From assembly GCA_039621445.1 (NCBI GenBank), contig CP154954.1, forward strand, positions 46,603,847 to 46,667,846: a stretch of 64,000 bases of DNA, in the 5' to 3' direction. The notes beneath the pieces are model-generated. The model saw only the letters and a list, made by a program, of their open reading frames with translations. It searched no databases and was not told the DNA's origin. Below, in pieces: positions 14,072-27,053 of the stretch. A program made the position numbers and the translations under genes. The stretch comes from Euglena gracilis (Eukaryota). How positions within the stretch are numbered: position 1 is the first letter of the stretch; every line of letters begins with the position of its first letter.

Positions 14072-14304
14072 TGTGGCATTGGACATGTCCCTACCTTTCA
14101 GATGAATTAGGCTGCGCCAGATAATGCACGCGTGCTGCACATTGTGATTTTTGTTTTTTATGTACCGTCAGACCTCACGAGTTGATTGCTGGGCCCATGG
14201 GTCGTGGCCCCCTGGCGTATCTGGATCAATCGACTGACTGAAGGTTTGTACTGTGGCTGAAGTTTAAGAAATTGAAGTGTAAGTTGCCTGCCAATGGGTA
14301 GGAA
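14072..14304. mobile_element. 5' part of the solo-LTR-like insert, truncated at the tandem junction (C1)
   Basis: Starts TGTGGCATTGG right after ...ATGGGGT of RT and is homologous to the left part of 26603-27053. Confidence 0.75.
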
Positions 14305-17300
14305 AATCATTTTGGTGCAATTATCCACCCTTGCAGCTTGATTTCAGGAAGCGCAATGGCTCATTTTCCAGTTGAGCGGTGATTCCGCGAACTTTTCCCA
14401 CTGTTTTTCCCAAGCGCATGAAAGTTCTGCCTACTTGCGCATCCCCTTGGGGGTTGCCTTTTGGCCCCCTCAACCTGCCCCATCCTTTACCTACCCTTGC
14501 CTTGGCCAAAAAGGCTGTGGGGTCCCCTTAGGGGAAAGTGGGGCCTCAAAAAGCCCTTGTGGGGCCTTGGAGCCCCCTCGCGGCCCTTCGTGGCCCCTTT
14601 GGGCCCCCGTGTGACTCCTCCTTGGGGCAGGCACCGCTGGACCGCGCACAAGATGTTCAGTGGACCATAGATTAACAGCCAACGAGGGGACGTTAATTTT
14701 GACACAGCCAGACCCTGAAAATTTAATGTCAGCAGATTTAACAGCTGAGTCTTCTAATCTGGCCATAGGGGGGCCAGCCGGGCTGTTAAATCATGCAGTG
14801 TCTAACATGGAAATAAGGAGGGATGAGGAAATGGCACTAGCACTACCTGTTTTTCAGCCCCCCGTTTTTGGACCACGGCCCACCGAATCAAATTGTTAGA
14901 TGATGGGGGGTGATGCTATGACTTTAGTTTGACTCTTTGGACCAGGAATTGAGCTGGAGCATAACTAACCGGGAGAGCATAATTCCCTCCCAGGTCGTAA
15001 TTGAAAATCGGCTGGAAGATTGTGAGAAGAATTTGGCTGAAAAGAATGCCAGAGCACAGGCAGAACTTTTGCAACCCATTCCTGAAAATATGGGGAGGCG
15101 AACGGTTGAAATGTGCAGCCAGTTTGAGCACGAAAAACCAAAAAGTCAGGAGCAAATTCAGCAATCAGTCAGTCAATTTATTTTTTGATTCCAGGATAGG
15201 GGGAGTGCTGTGGGAAACATTGCGAACAGCCACAAACAGCTTTTGGGGATTGAAGTTAAAAGGCAGATCGAAGGAAAGTTTCATGATCTTGAGAAAAAGT
15301 TACGAGATTTTCTGGGTGGTGAACTGGCACAATTTGAGAGCCATGGAAAAGATGGCCAGATAGAATTGCTTGCACCAGGTGGGTTGATCGAACAAGTTGG
15401 AATTTGTTCGCATTCTGTTGAGGGAATTAACTCAGATTTTCAGAAGGAAATTTTTTGCAGTTCGACAAGCAAATCGTGAGCTCTGCTCTGGGGTGGACAG
15501 AAAAATTGCTGAAAACGCTGCTGGGCTGAAAATGGTGGGGGAGGAATCAAAATCAAGTTTTGGGACATTGGCCCAGGAAAATCAGCAGCGATTTGACGCA
15601 ACTGGAAACGAGAGCAAAGCTCTGGGGGGTAGGATCACAGCAACTGAGAAATTTCTGGGCAGCTAGGAGGTGCCTTGGGAGAAGGTGGTTGAAATGCTGG
15701 GGAAATCAGAAGCAACAATTCAACTGGATGTTTGGAGGGAAATGGCCGCCCAGGTCAGAAAAATGATGAAATCTTTGATGGTGCAAATGAAGGATGAAAA
15801 TCTGAGGCAACCCCAAAAGGAAGAACATTTTTAAAAATTGCAGACTGACATTGAAATGGAGTGAAACAGCAATTTTTCACAGTTTTGATGAACATGCAGA
15901 CAGATTTTCAGTGTGAAAAGAGTTAACGGGATGGTTTGCAAAAAACCGTATCAAACTTTGCGGTTCGGGAAATTTCAGCCGAAAATGCACAGCAAACTGA
16001 CCGCAAGGCTCCTGAAGTGGCCCAGCCCAACGCAACATATCAAAAGAATTAAGGATGTTTTGGAATTAAGAGGGTGTCACCGGCTCAATCATCTTGGATT
16101 TTCGGGGTTAGGGGGTGACCACAACGATGCCATGTGAAGTCTGGGATGTAGATCTGAGCGGGTGCAGACCATCAAGTAGTTTGCAGGGGGTGCAATTGCA
16201 AAAAATCAGGTCATTGGCATTTGTGCAATGGGGGAGGCACCCCAACGACCCGCAGTCATAAGTGTTGGTAACCCAGCGGTGCAGCATGTGTTTAGAAATT
16301 TGATTGCACCCAAATTTTCGGGGAAATCTCAGGATTGGCTGCAATTTTGTGAGGTTTGGCAGGCGTTTTCAAGGAAACTGAATTCTGCAGGGGGGGAAGT
16401 GAGTGAAGATTTCAAAATTGCTCTCTTGGAGGATTGTCTTGACGAAACGAGCAAAAAAATTCTGAAGCTCCATCTCAATGAAGGGGAGATAACTTTTAAT
16501 GCCGTTTAGGGTCACCTGGAAATGACATTTTCAGGGAATCAGGAAGGTGGGGCAAAACAAAGTTGGCAGCAGGTGAGCCTTTTTAATATGGGCAAAGTAG
16601 CCCTTGAGGACTGGCTTGAGTTTCAGGCAAAGCTCAATATGGCCAAGTGCAAGGTTAAGGATGTCGGGGAGGGGGAAGCAAAACGACATTTGTTGCAGAA
16701 ACTTCCCTCATTCATCCTAAAATGGGTTTCATATGAGAGGAAATGGAGGCTGAATAATCAGCCACCCTTACGCCTAACGGTGCCAGTGAATAGGATTCAG
16801 AAATGATTTCGAACAGCTTGGGGAGAATGCTTGGGAAAAGACCCACAAAAGTGTCGGAAATTCACGAGGGGTAATTAGAAGTCATTTTCCCTGACATTTC
16901 TGCCTATGAAAAAGTCAAAAGTTTTTATGGCAAAGAGTTTGACGATTCAGTCGTTTTGTTTCAGGTTCAGGAAATTGAACCAATTTCGACCACCGAGGAT
17001 ATTTTCAACCTCGTGAAAACAAAGTTGACACTCAGAAACAAAAATGAAGCCTTGCAAAGTTGTTTTTCATCATCAGGCTATCAAGGGTTTAGGCGTTCAA
17101 GATCGGTTGGCGCTGAAAATCGATGGGGTGACAATCGGGGAGCCGGAAGGGTATACCCCGGGTAGGGCAACGAAACATCCCCCAACCAGAAGCAAATCAC
17201 AAATCAGCGAAACAGCATAACCTGATCAATCTGTTGCGTTATCATCCTCAAATGTGCAGACATCAAGCACTTCTTCAATGCTGAAAATTGTGGAGAACCC

Positions 17301-18026
17301 ACCCAATGGGCAAAGACCGGTGGTGGGGGGGGCACAATGGATCACACCCCCGTCACAATCAACAACGCCCTATTTTGCTAGACAAGCCCCGTGGAACAGA
17401 AACAATTTTCAGCCGTATGACAAAGGCAGCCAAGGGAAAGGAGGGAACAATTCCCAGGGATATGGGAAAAATAACACCCAATGGTATGGAGGGAACCAAC
17501 AGGGGTACAAGGGGAAGGGTGGTAAGGGCAGGGGGAGACAGAAGGTTATGACCAGAATTTCAGTTCCAAAGGGGGGAATGGCAAGAACAATAACCCTACA
17601 CCAACGATGGCCCCCCCTGTACGCCTTTAGGGATGCTGGGGTAAAATTTATCAGGGGCTTATGACCCCAGGCAGTGAAACCCCCAACCCCAGCTTCTAAA
17701 CCTGACCCTTCCACCCATAAACACCAAACCACGAACAATCGAACCACAAACGAAATGACCGGGAGCGGAAGCTTGGAGTGTAAGTCAAATTGGCTGGCCG
17801 AGCCCAGCGTGATTGAGTGAGGGAGCGGGAAGCCAAGACCCCCCGGAGCCAAGGAGAGCAGGCACGGCGAGGAAGCGGGCGAAGAAGGTATGAAGGGGAA
17901 GCGAATCCCCTCCCATTCCTTTCGCGTGCACATCCCTCCCAATTCCACATGCCAATACAAAACTCTCATGATTGTTTGAGTGGAAATAGGTGGGCCTCAA
18001 ACAAAAAGTTGGCCAGAAACTTTCCC

Positions 18027-18627
18027 AGGGAATTGAACCTTTATACTGGGAAACATTCAGTGGAAAATTGGTTGCAGGAAAAGCGTTATGAGGCCATTTC
18101 AGTGGACATCAACCCAGGTTTTCACCGAACCCATCCCGTGGACATACCTACCGTGGGAGTATCGAGCATACCCCCCTGGAAACTCTGAGTTCATAACGGC
18201 ATTTGTGCCTTGCACAGGGTATAGCCGTGCTAAGACGGTGGGAGAAAGAAATTTGGAGTGGCAGACCAACTTGTGACAATAACTTTGTTAATCGTGGAAT
18301 ATTTTCAGCCCAAATTATGGTGGATTGAAAATCCCCGAACGAGACTTTTGCCAAAAACGCATTGTGTGCAACACTTGAATTTTATCGATGTGGATTATTG
18401 TCAATGTTCTGACTGGGGATACCAAAAACCCACTCGGATTTGGGGGAGTGAAAATTTGTTGAGTTTGAAAACAAACTTTGTGATGGGAAAAACCTGCCCG
18501 CATTTGATTGTGAGGGAAGGGGGTGGTTTGGTTCACAAAGAACAATTTGGAGGAAACGGAATGAGGGTGAGCATTCAACAAAAATGGGGGCCACCTGAAA
18601 AATTGGTTGAGTACCTTCTTTCGGTCC
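18027..18627 (+). pseudogene. DNMT domain, frameshifted (C2)
   Basis: LNLYTG, AFVPC, WIENP and KPTRIW as in C1. Confidence 0.85.
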
Positions 18628-19153
18628 TTGATTTTAAGAAGAAAATATTTTCCTTTAGGTATGAGGATTATGTCGTTCGAAACTCATTTGTGCAAATGAT
18701 TGAGGAGAATTTTCAAATAAGGGCCGAGAGGAGAATCTTCAAAGAAGGGCCGAGGTGGATTTTTTTGCTTCTACCCAAAATTTTCAGTGCACATCATGTT
18801 TGACCGAGAAGGGAAATGCTTTGGCGGTACCATGGGGAGGGGTGGGGCACGGTTTGGTTGAACCCCCCCTTGGTCATTTTGGCCAAAGGTTGCAAAGAAA
18901 TTGCGATTGCATCTTGCGTGATTGGAGCAAAAAGTTGGGTAAGGGAATTTATCGGGAGGCATCAAAAAGTTTTATTTTCCACCCGGAAGCAAGCCTTAGT
19001 GTGAGGTGGGGAGTTTGGGCCTTGTTGATAGAGGGTAATACGTCCCCCGCTATCACCGGCAACCCCAAGAACCCTAGGATGGTAAAGTTGAAGTTACGAA
19101 TGGCTAAAAGGAGGTACCCACCCACAGGGATTGAGAAATTTTTGAAGGAACGA

Positions 19154-19550
19154 CAACTTTTGATTCAGACTAGGGTTGTTTTGGGGAACGGTGAGGAAAA
19201 AAATATGGACATTTTGGGAGACACCGGTGCCGAGGCTAACCTCATTAGGCAAGGGTTAGTGAGTGAGCACCTGATGTATTCGGCCGAACACCCCTTGAGG
19301 TTTGAAACCACTAACGGTCAAGCCTTGAGTGGTGGGGGGAGGTGCACTAATGTTGTGATGAAGTTGCAAGGGGAGGTGAGTGATAACACACCACCCACAT
19401 ATTTTGAGTACGATGTGGAATTTTATGAAGCCAATATCAAAGTGGACGTAATTCTATCATACCAATGGCTTGTACGCACAAAAATCCGAGTTTTTCCACA
19501 TCACCGTGCCTTGGTAGTGGAGGAACCGGAAGTGACATTTTTGTTCGGAG
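19154..19550 (+). pseudogene. Aspartic protease (C2)
   Basis: ILGDTGAEANLI in ORF 18755-19615. Confidence 0.85.
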
Positions 19551-22500
19551 TGAGAGATCACAGGAGAAAACGGCAACAAAAAGTCCCTTGCACCCTACCC
19601 CAAGGAGGGGTGTGACAAATTTGAAAAAGTTTGGCTTTCACCTTCCGATGGAGGGTTGTGATCAAAAGGTAAAAGCCTTGGACGAAGATTCACTCAAAAA
19701 TTTGGGCAGGAAGTTGGAAACTGCACGTGACAACCCCCTACCAATTCGCAAAATGATCATTGCAAGGGATGGGGAGGGTAGTAAAGAAACGGACTCCGAA
19801 GAGAAAGAGATAATAATAATAAAGCTATGAGACGAAATTTTTGGAAGGTATGATGGAACCGTATTTCGGTCTAAGGAACAACCCGACCCACCCGTAAGAG
19901 GACCATATGGTTATGCATTAATACCTTTGCAAGAAGGAGAACCTTTTTTCATGCACGGGGAACGAAAAGAAGCTTTGGAAAAAATCACTCAAGATTGGAT
20001 CGATATGAAATTCATCGAGCCAGCCAAAACAAAATATTCAGAATGGCTCTCACAAACATTCCCCGTGCCAAAAAGTCAGCCGATTTCCCTTGGAGGGGGT
20101 TTTTGACGCAAGGGGACCCAACAGCCAAACCAGTAGATGCAACCGCCGTCTTCCTAAAATCGAAGACATCCTGGTGAAGCATGGTGCAAAAGATGTCGCA
20201 TTTTGGATATAAAACATGCCTTCCACCAACAGCCGCTTTACCCGCATCGCAGGCCTACTATAACTTGCTCCTTCCCAACAAAGGGTCTTTACCAATGGAG
20301 GGTGGATGTAATGGGGTTGTGGCATTGGACATGTCCCTACCTTTCAGATGAATTAGGCTGCGCCAGATAATGCACGCGTGCTGCACATTGTGATTTTTGT
20401 TTTTTATGTACCGTCAGACCTCACGAGTTGATTGCTGGGCCCATGGGTCGTGGCCCCCTGGCGTATCTGGATCAATCGACTGACTGAAGGTTTGTACTGT
20501 GGCTGAAGTTTAAGGAATTGAAGTGTAAGTTGCCTGCCAATGGGTAGGAAAATCATTTTGGTGCAATTATCCACCCTTGCAACTTGATTTCAGGAAGCGC
20601 AATGGCTCATTTTCCAGTTGAGCGGTGATTCCGCGAACTTTTCCCACTGTTTTTCCCAAGCGCATGAAAGTTCTGCCTACTTGCGCATCCCCTTGGGGGT
20701 TGCCTTTTGGCCCCCTCAACCTGCCCCATCCTTTACCTACCCTTGCCTTGGCCAAAAAGGCTGTGGGGTCCCCTTAGGGGAAAGTGGGGCCTCAAAAAGC
20801 CCTTGTGGGGCCTTGGAGCCCCCTCGCGGCCCTTCGTGGCCCCTTTGGGCCCCCGTGTGACCCCTCCTTGGGGCGGGCACCGCTGGACCGCGCACAAGAT
20901 GTTCAGTGGACCATAGATTAACAGCCAACGAGGGGACGTTAATTTTGACACAGCCAGACCCTGAAAATTTAATGTCAGCAGATTTAACAGCTGAGTCTTC
21001 TAATCTGGCCATAGGGGGGCCAGCCGGGCTGTTAAATCATGCAGTGTCTAACATGGAAATAAGGAGGGATGAGGAAATGGCACTAGCACTACCTGTTTTT
21101 CAGCCCCCCGTTTTTGGACCACGGCCCACCGAATGAAATTGTTACATGATGGGGGGTGATGCTATGACTTTAGTTTGACTCTTTGGACCAGGAATTGAGC
21201 TGGAGCATAACTAACCGGGAGAGCATAATTCCCTCCCAGGTCGTAATTGAAAATCGGCTGGAAGATTGTGAGAAGAATTTGGCTGAAAAGAATGCCAGAG
21301 CACAGGCAGAACTTTTGCAACCCATTCCTGAAAATATGGGGAGGCGAACGGTTGAAATGTGCAGCCAGTTTGAGCACGAAAAACCAAAAAGCCAGGAGCA
21401 AATTCAGCAATCAGTCAGTCAATTTATTTTTTGATTCCAGGATAGGGGGAGTGCTGTGGGAAACATTGCGAACAGCCACAAACAGCTTTTGGGGATTGAA
21501 GTTAAAAGGCAGATCGAAGGAAAGTTTCATGATCTTGAGAAAAAGTTACGAGATTTTCTGGGTGGTGAACTGGCACAATTTGAGAGCCATGGAAAAGATG
21601 GCCAGATAGAATTGTTTGCACCAGGTGGGTTGATCGAACAAGTTGGAATTTGTTCGCATTCTGTTGAGGGAATTAACTCAGATTTTCAGAAGGAAATTTT
21701 TTGCAGTTCGACAAGCAAATCGTGAGCTATGCTCTGGGGTGGACAGAAAAATTGCTGAAAACGCTGCTGGGCTGAAAATAGTGGGGGAGGAATCAAAATC
21801 AAGTTTTGGGACATTGGCCCAGGAAAATCAGCAGCGATTTGACGCAACTGGAAACGAGAGCAAAGCTCTGGGGGGTAGGATCACAGCAACTGAGAAATTT
21901 CTGGGCAGCTAGGAGGTGCCTTGGGAGAAGGTGGTTGAAATGCTGGGGAAATCAGAAGCAACAATTCAACTGGATGTTTGGAGGGAAATGGCCGCCCAGG
22001 TCAGAAAAATGATGAAATCTTTGATGGAATGAAGGATGAAAATCTGAGGCAAACCCAAAAGGAAGAACACTTTTAAAAAATTGCAAACTGACATTGAAAT
22101 GGAGTGAAACAGCAATTTTTCACACTTTTGAACATGCAGACAGATTTTCAGTGTGAAAAGAGTTAACGGGATGGTTTGCAAAAAACCGTATTAAACTTTG
22201 CGGTTCGGGAAATTTCAGCCGAAAATGCACAGCAAACTGACCGCAAGGCTCCTGATGTGGCCCAGCCCAAGGCAACAAATCAAAAGAATTAAGGATTTTT
22301 TTGGAATTAAGAGGGTGTCACCGGCTCAATCATCTGGGATTTTCGGGATTAGGGGGTGACCACAACGATGCCATGTGAAGTCTGGGATGTAGATCTGAGC
22401 GGGTGCAGACCATCAAGTAGTTTGCAGGGGGTGCAGTTGCAAAAAATCAGGTCATTGGCATTTGTGCAATGGGGGAGGCACCCCAACGACCCGCAGTCAT

Positions 22501-24266
22501 AAGTGTTGGTAACCCAGCGGTGCAGCATGTGTTTAGAAATTTTATTGCACCCAAATTTTCGGGGAAATCTCAGGATTGGCTGCAATTTTGTGAGGATTGG
22601 CAGGCGTTTTCAAGGAAACTGAATTCTGCAGGGGGGGAAGTGAGTGAAGATTTTAAAGTTGCTCTGTTGGAGGATTGTCTTGACGAAACGAGCAAAAAAA
22701 TTCTGAAGCTCCGTCTCAATGAAGGAGGGATAATTTTAATGCCGTTTAGGGTCACCTGTAAATGACATTTTCAGGGAATCAGGAAGGTGGGGCAAAACAA
22801 AGTTGGCAGCAGGTGAGCCTTTTTAATATGGGCAAAGTAGCCCTTGAGGACTGGCTTGAGTTTCAGGCAAAGCTCAATATGGCCAAGTGCAAGGTTAAGG
22901 ATGTCGGGAAGGGGGAAGCAAAACGACATTTGTTGCAGAAACTTCCCTCATTCATCCTAAAAAGGGTTTCATATGAGAGGAAAAGGAGGCTGAATAATCA
23001 GCCACCCTTACGCCTAACGGTGCCAGTGAATAGGATTCAGAAATGGTTTCGGACAGCTTGGGGAGAATGCTTGGGAAAAGACCCACAAAAGTGTCGGAAA
23101 TTCACGAGGGGCAATTCGAAGTCATTTTCCCTGACATTTCTGCCTATGAAAAAGTCAAAAGTTTTTATGGCAAAGGGTTTGACGATTCAATCGTTTTGTT
23201 TCAGGTTCAGGAAATTGAACTAATTTCGACCACCGAGGATATTTTCAACCTCGTGAAAACAAAGTGAACACTCAGAAACAAAAATGAAGCCTTGCAAAGT
23301 TGTTTTTCATCCCCAGGCTATCAAGGGTTTAGGCGTTCAAGATCGGTTGGCGCTGAAAAGTCGACGGGGAGACAATCGGGGAGCCGGAAGGGTATACCCC
23401 GGGTAGGGCAACGAAACCTCCCCCAACCAGAAGCAAATCACAAATCAGCGAAACAGCATAACCTGATCAATCTGTTGCGTTATAATCTTCAAATGTGCAG
23501 ACATCAAGCACTTCTTCAAGGCTGACAACGGTGGAGAACCCGGCCAATGGGCAAAGACCGGTGGTGGGGGGGGGCACAATGGATCCCACCCCCGTCACAA
23601 TCAACAACGCCCTATTTTGCTAGACAAGCCCCGTGGAACAGAAACAATTTTCAGCCGTATGACAAAGGCAGCCAAGGGAAAGGAGGGAACAATTCCCAGG
23701 GATATGGGGAAAATAACACCCAATGGTATGGAGGGAACCAACAGGGGTACAAGGGGAAGGGTGGTAAGGGCAGGGGGAGACAGAAGGTTATGACCAGAAT
23801 TTCAGTGTCAAAGGGGGGAATGGCAAGAACAATAACCCTACACCAACGATCCCCACCCCATGTACGCCTTTAGGGATGCTGGGGTAAAATTTATCAGGGG
23901 CTTAAAATCCCACGCAGTGAAACCCCCAACCCAGCTTCTAAACCCGACCCTTCCACCCATAAACACCAAACCACGGAAAATCGAACCACAAACCAAATGA
24001 CCGGGAGCGGAGCTTGGAGTGAAGACAAATTGGCTGGCCGAGGCCAGCGTGATGGAGTGAGGGAGCGGGAAGCCAAGACCCCCCGGAGCCAAGGAGAGCA
24101 GGCACGGCGAGGAGGCGGGCGAAGGAGGTATGAAGGGGAAGCGAATCCCCTCCCATTCCTTTCGCGTGCACATCCCTCCCAATTCAACATGCCAATACAA
24201 AACTATCATGATTGTTTGAGTGGGAATAGGTGGGCCTCAAACAAAAAGTTGGCCAGAAACTTTCCC

Positions 24267-24866
24267 AGGGAATTGGACCTTTATTCTGGGAGTCATTCAG
24301 TGGAAAATTGGTTGCAGGAAAAGCGTTATGAGGCGATTTCAGTGGACATCAACCCAGGTTTTCACCGAACCCATCCCGTGGACATACCTACCGTGGGAGT
24401 ATCGAGCATACCCCCCTGCAAACTCTGAGTTCATAACGGCATTTGTGCCTTGCACGGGGTACAGCCGTGCTAAGAGGTGGGAGAAAGAAATTTGGAGTGG
24501 CAGACCAACTTGTGACAATAACTTTGTTAATCGTGGAATGTTTTCAGTATAAAATATGGTGGATTGAAAATCCCCGAACGGGAGTTTTGCCAGAAAGGCA
24601 TTGTGTGCAACACTTGAATTTTATCGATGTGGATTATTGTCAATGTTCTGACTGGGGAGACCAAAAACCCACTCGGATTTGGGGGAGTGAAAATATGTTG
24701 AGTTTGAGAACAAACTTTGTGATGGGAAAAACCTGCCCGCATTTGATTGTGAGGGAAGGGGGTGGTTTGGTTCACAAAGAACAATTTGGAGGAAACGGAA
24801 TGAGGGTGAGCATTCAACAAATATGGGGGCCACCTGAAAAATTGGTTGAGTACCTTCTTTCGGTCC
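24267..24866 (+). pseudogene. DNMT domain, frameshifted (C3)
   Basis: LDLYSG, AFVPC, WIENPRTG and KPTRIW. Confidence 0.85.
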
Positions 24867-25417
24867 TTGATTTTAAGAAGAAAAGATTTTCCTTCAGGTG
24901 TGAGGATTACGCCGTTCGAAACTCATTTGTCCAAATGATCGAGGAGAATTTTCAAATGAGGGCCGAGAGGAGAATCTTCAAAGAAGGGCCGAGGTGGATT
25001 TTTTTGCTTCTACCCAAAATTCTCAGTGCACATCATGTTTGACCGAGAAGGGAAATGCTTTGGCGGTACCATGGGGAGGGGTGGGGCACGGTTTGGTTGA
25101 ACCCCCCCTTGGTCATTTTGGCCAAAGGTTGCAAGGAAATTGCGATTGCATCTTGCGTGATTGGAGCAAAGGTTGAGTAAGGCAATTTATCGGGAGGCAT
25201 CAAAAAGTTTTATTTTCCACCCAGAAGCAAGCTTTTTGAGGTGGATTGGAAACCAATGGGGGGTGTTAGGTGGGGAGTTTGGGCCTTGTTGATAGAGGGT
25301 AATAAGTCCCCCGCTATCACCGGCAACCCCAAGAAACCTAGGGTGGTACAGTTGAAGTTACGAATGGCTAAAAGGAGGTACCCACCCACAGGGATTGAGA
25401 AATTTTTGAAGGACCGA

Positions 25418-25814
25418 CAACTTTCGATTCGGACAAGGGTTGTTTTGGGGAACGGTGGGGAACAAAATATGGACATTTTGGTAGACACCGGTGCCGATGC
25501 TAACCTCATTAGGTAAGGGTTAGTGAGTGTGCACCTGATGTTTTCGGCCGAACACCCCTTGAGGTTTGAAACCACTAACGGTCAAGCCTTGAGTGGTGGG
25601 GGGAGGTGCACTAATGTTGTGATGAAGTTGCAAGGGGAGGTGAGTGATAACACACCACCCACATATTTTGAGTACGATGTGGAATTTTATGAAGCCAATA
25701 TCAAAGTGGACGTAATTCTATCATACCAATGGCTTGTACGTACAAAAATCGGAGTTTTTCCACATCACCGTGCCTTGGTAGTGGAGGAACCGGAATTGAC
25801 ATTTTTGTTCGGAG
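25418..25814 (+). pseudogene. Aspartic protease with in-frame stop (C3)
   Basis: ILVDTGADANLIR followed by TAA. Confidence 0.85.
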
Positions 25815-26602
25815 TGAGAGAGCACAGGAGAAAACGGCAACAAAAAGTCCCTTGCACCCTACCCCAAGGAGGGGGTGTGACAAATTTGAAAAAGTTTGGC
25901 TTTCACCTTCCGATGGAGGGTTGTGATCAAAGGGTAAAAGCCTTGGACGAAGATTCACTCAAAAATTTGGGCAGGAAGTTGGAAACTGCAAGTGAAAACC
26001 CCCTACCAATTCGCAAAATGATCATTGCAAGGGATGGGGAGGGTAGTAAAGAAACGGAATCCGAAGAGGAGGAGATAATAATAATGCTAAGAGACGAAAT
26101 TTTTGGAAGGTATGATGGAACCGTATTTCGGTCTAAGGAACAACCCGACCCACCCGTAAGAGGACCATATGGTTATGCATTCATACCTTTGCAAGAAGGA
26201 GCGCGGCCTACCCGACAAAAACCATTTTTCATGCACGGGGAACGAAAAGAAGCTTTATAAAAAATCACTCAAGATTGGACCGATATGAAATTCATCGAGC
26301 CAGCCACAACAAAACATTCAGAACGGCTCTCACAAACATTCCCCGTGCCCAAAAAGTCAGCCGATTTTCCTTGGAGGGGGTTGTTGACACGAGGGGACCC
26401 AACAGCCAATCCAGTAGATGCAACCACCGCCTTCCGAAAATCGAAGACATCCTGGTGAAGCATTGTGCAAACCAGACGTTCTCATTTTTGGATTTAAAAC
26501 AAGCCTTCCACCAACAGCCGCCTTACCCAGATAGCTGGCCTACTATAACTTGCTCCTTCACACCAAAGGGTTTTTACCAATGGAGGGTGAATGTAATGGG
26601 GT

Positions 26603-27053
26603 TCTGGCATTGGACATGTCCCTACCTTTCAGATGAATTAGGCTTCGCCAGGTAATGCACGCGTGCTGGTCATTTTTTTTCTGTACAGTCAGACCTCATG
26701 AGTTGATTGCTGGGCCCATGGGTCGTAGCCCCCTGGCGTATATCAGGATCATGGGACTGACTGAAGGTTTGGATATTTGAGTTTTTTGCTGTGGCTGAAG
26801 TTTGAAGAATTGAAGTAGAAGTTCAATTCTTCAAACTTCAGCCACAGCAAAAAACTCAAATATCCAAACCTTCAGTCAGTCCCATGAGTTGCCAATGGGT
26901 GGGAATCGAAGGCCCAAGGCGGAAGGCGAAGCAAAGGTATCACAAAACCCAAGGCGAAGCCGAAGTTAGCCAAACAGGGGGCCCGGAGTCGGGCAGCTAA
27001 AAATGTGTGAATTGCGAAGATAGCCCCCTCCCAGGCGCCGCCCCGGTTTTACA
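26603..27053. mobile_element. Solo-LTR-like insertion (451 bp) in RT with 4-bp TSD GGGT
   Basis: GGGT at 26599-26602 and 27054-27057. Ends TTTTACA and starts TC here but TG in C1/C2/C4. Removal restores ATG GGG TTA ACT AAC (MGLTN). Confidence 0.85.
26749..26887. repeat. Perfect inverted repeat, 66-bp arms with 7-nt spacer
   Basis: 26749-26814 is the reverse complement of 26822-26887; spacer GTAGAAG. Confidence 0.95.

Larger units (their letters stand above)
7680..14304 (+). mobile_element. Ty3/Gypsy element C, sub-unit C1: degraded ORF1/gag-DNMT-protease-5' RT (5' boundary approximate; repeat unit starts ~8069)
   Basis: Coiled-coil ORF fragments (7906-9593), Gag core APKFSGKSQDWLQF (9987-), DNMT, DTGAEAN protease and RT start ending at WRVDVMG. 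Confidence 0.85.
14305..20550 (+). mobile_element. Element C tandem sub-unit C2 (~6.25 kb, chimeric)
   Basis: Same ORF fragments as C1 at offset ~6241-6247. Truncated solo-LTR part at 20318-20550. Confidence 0.9.
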
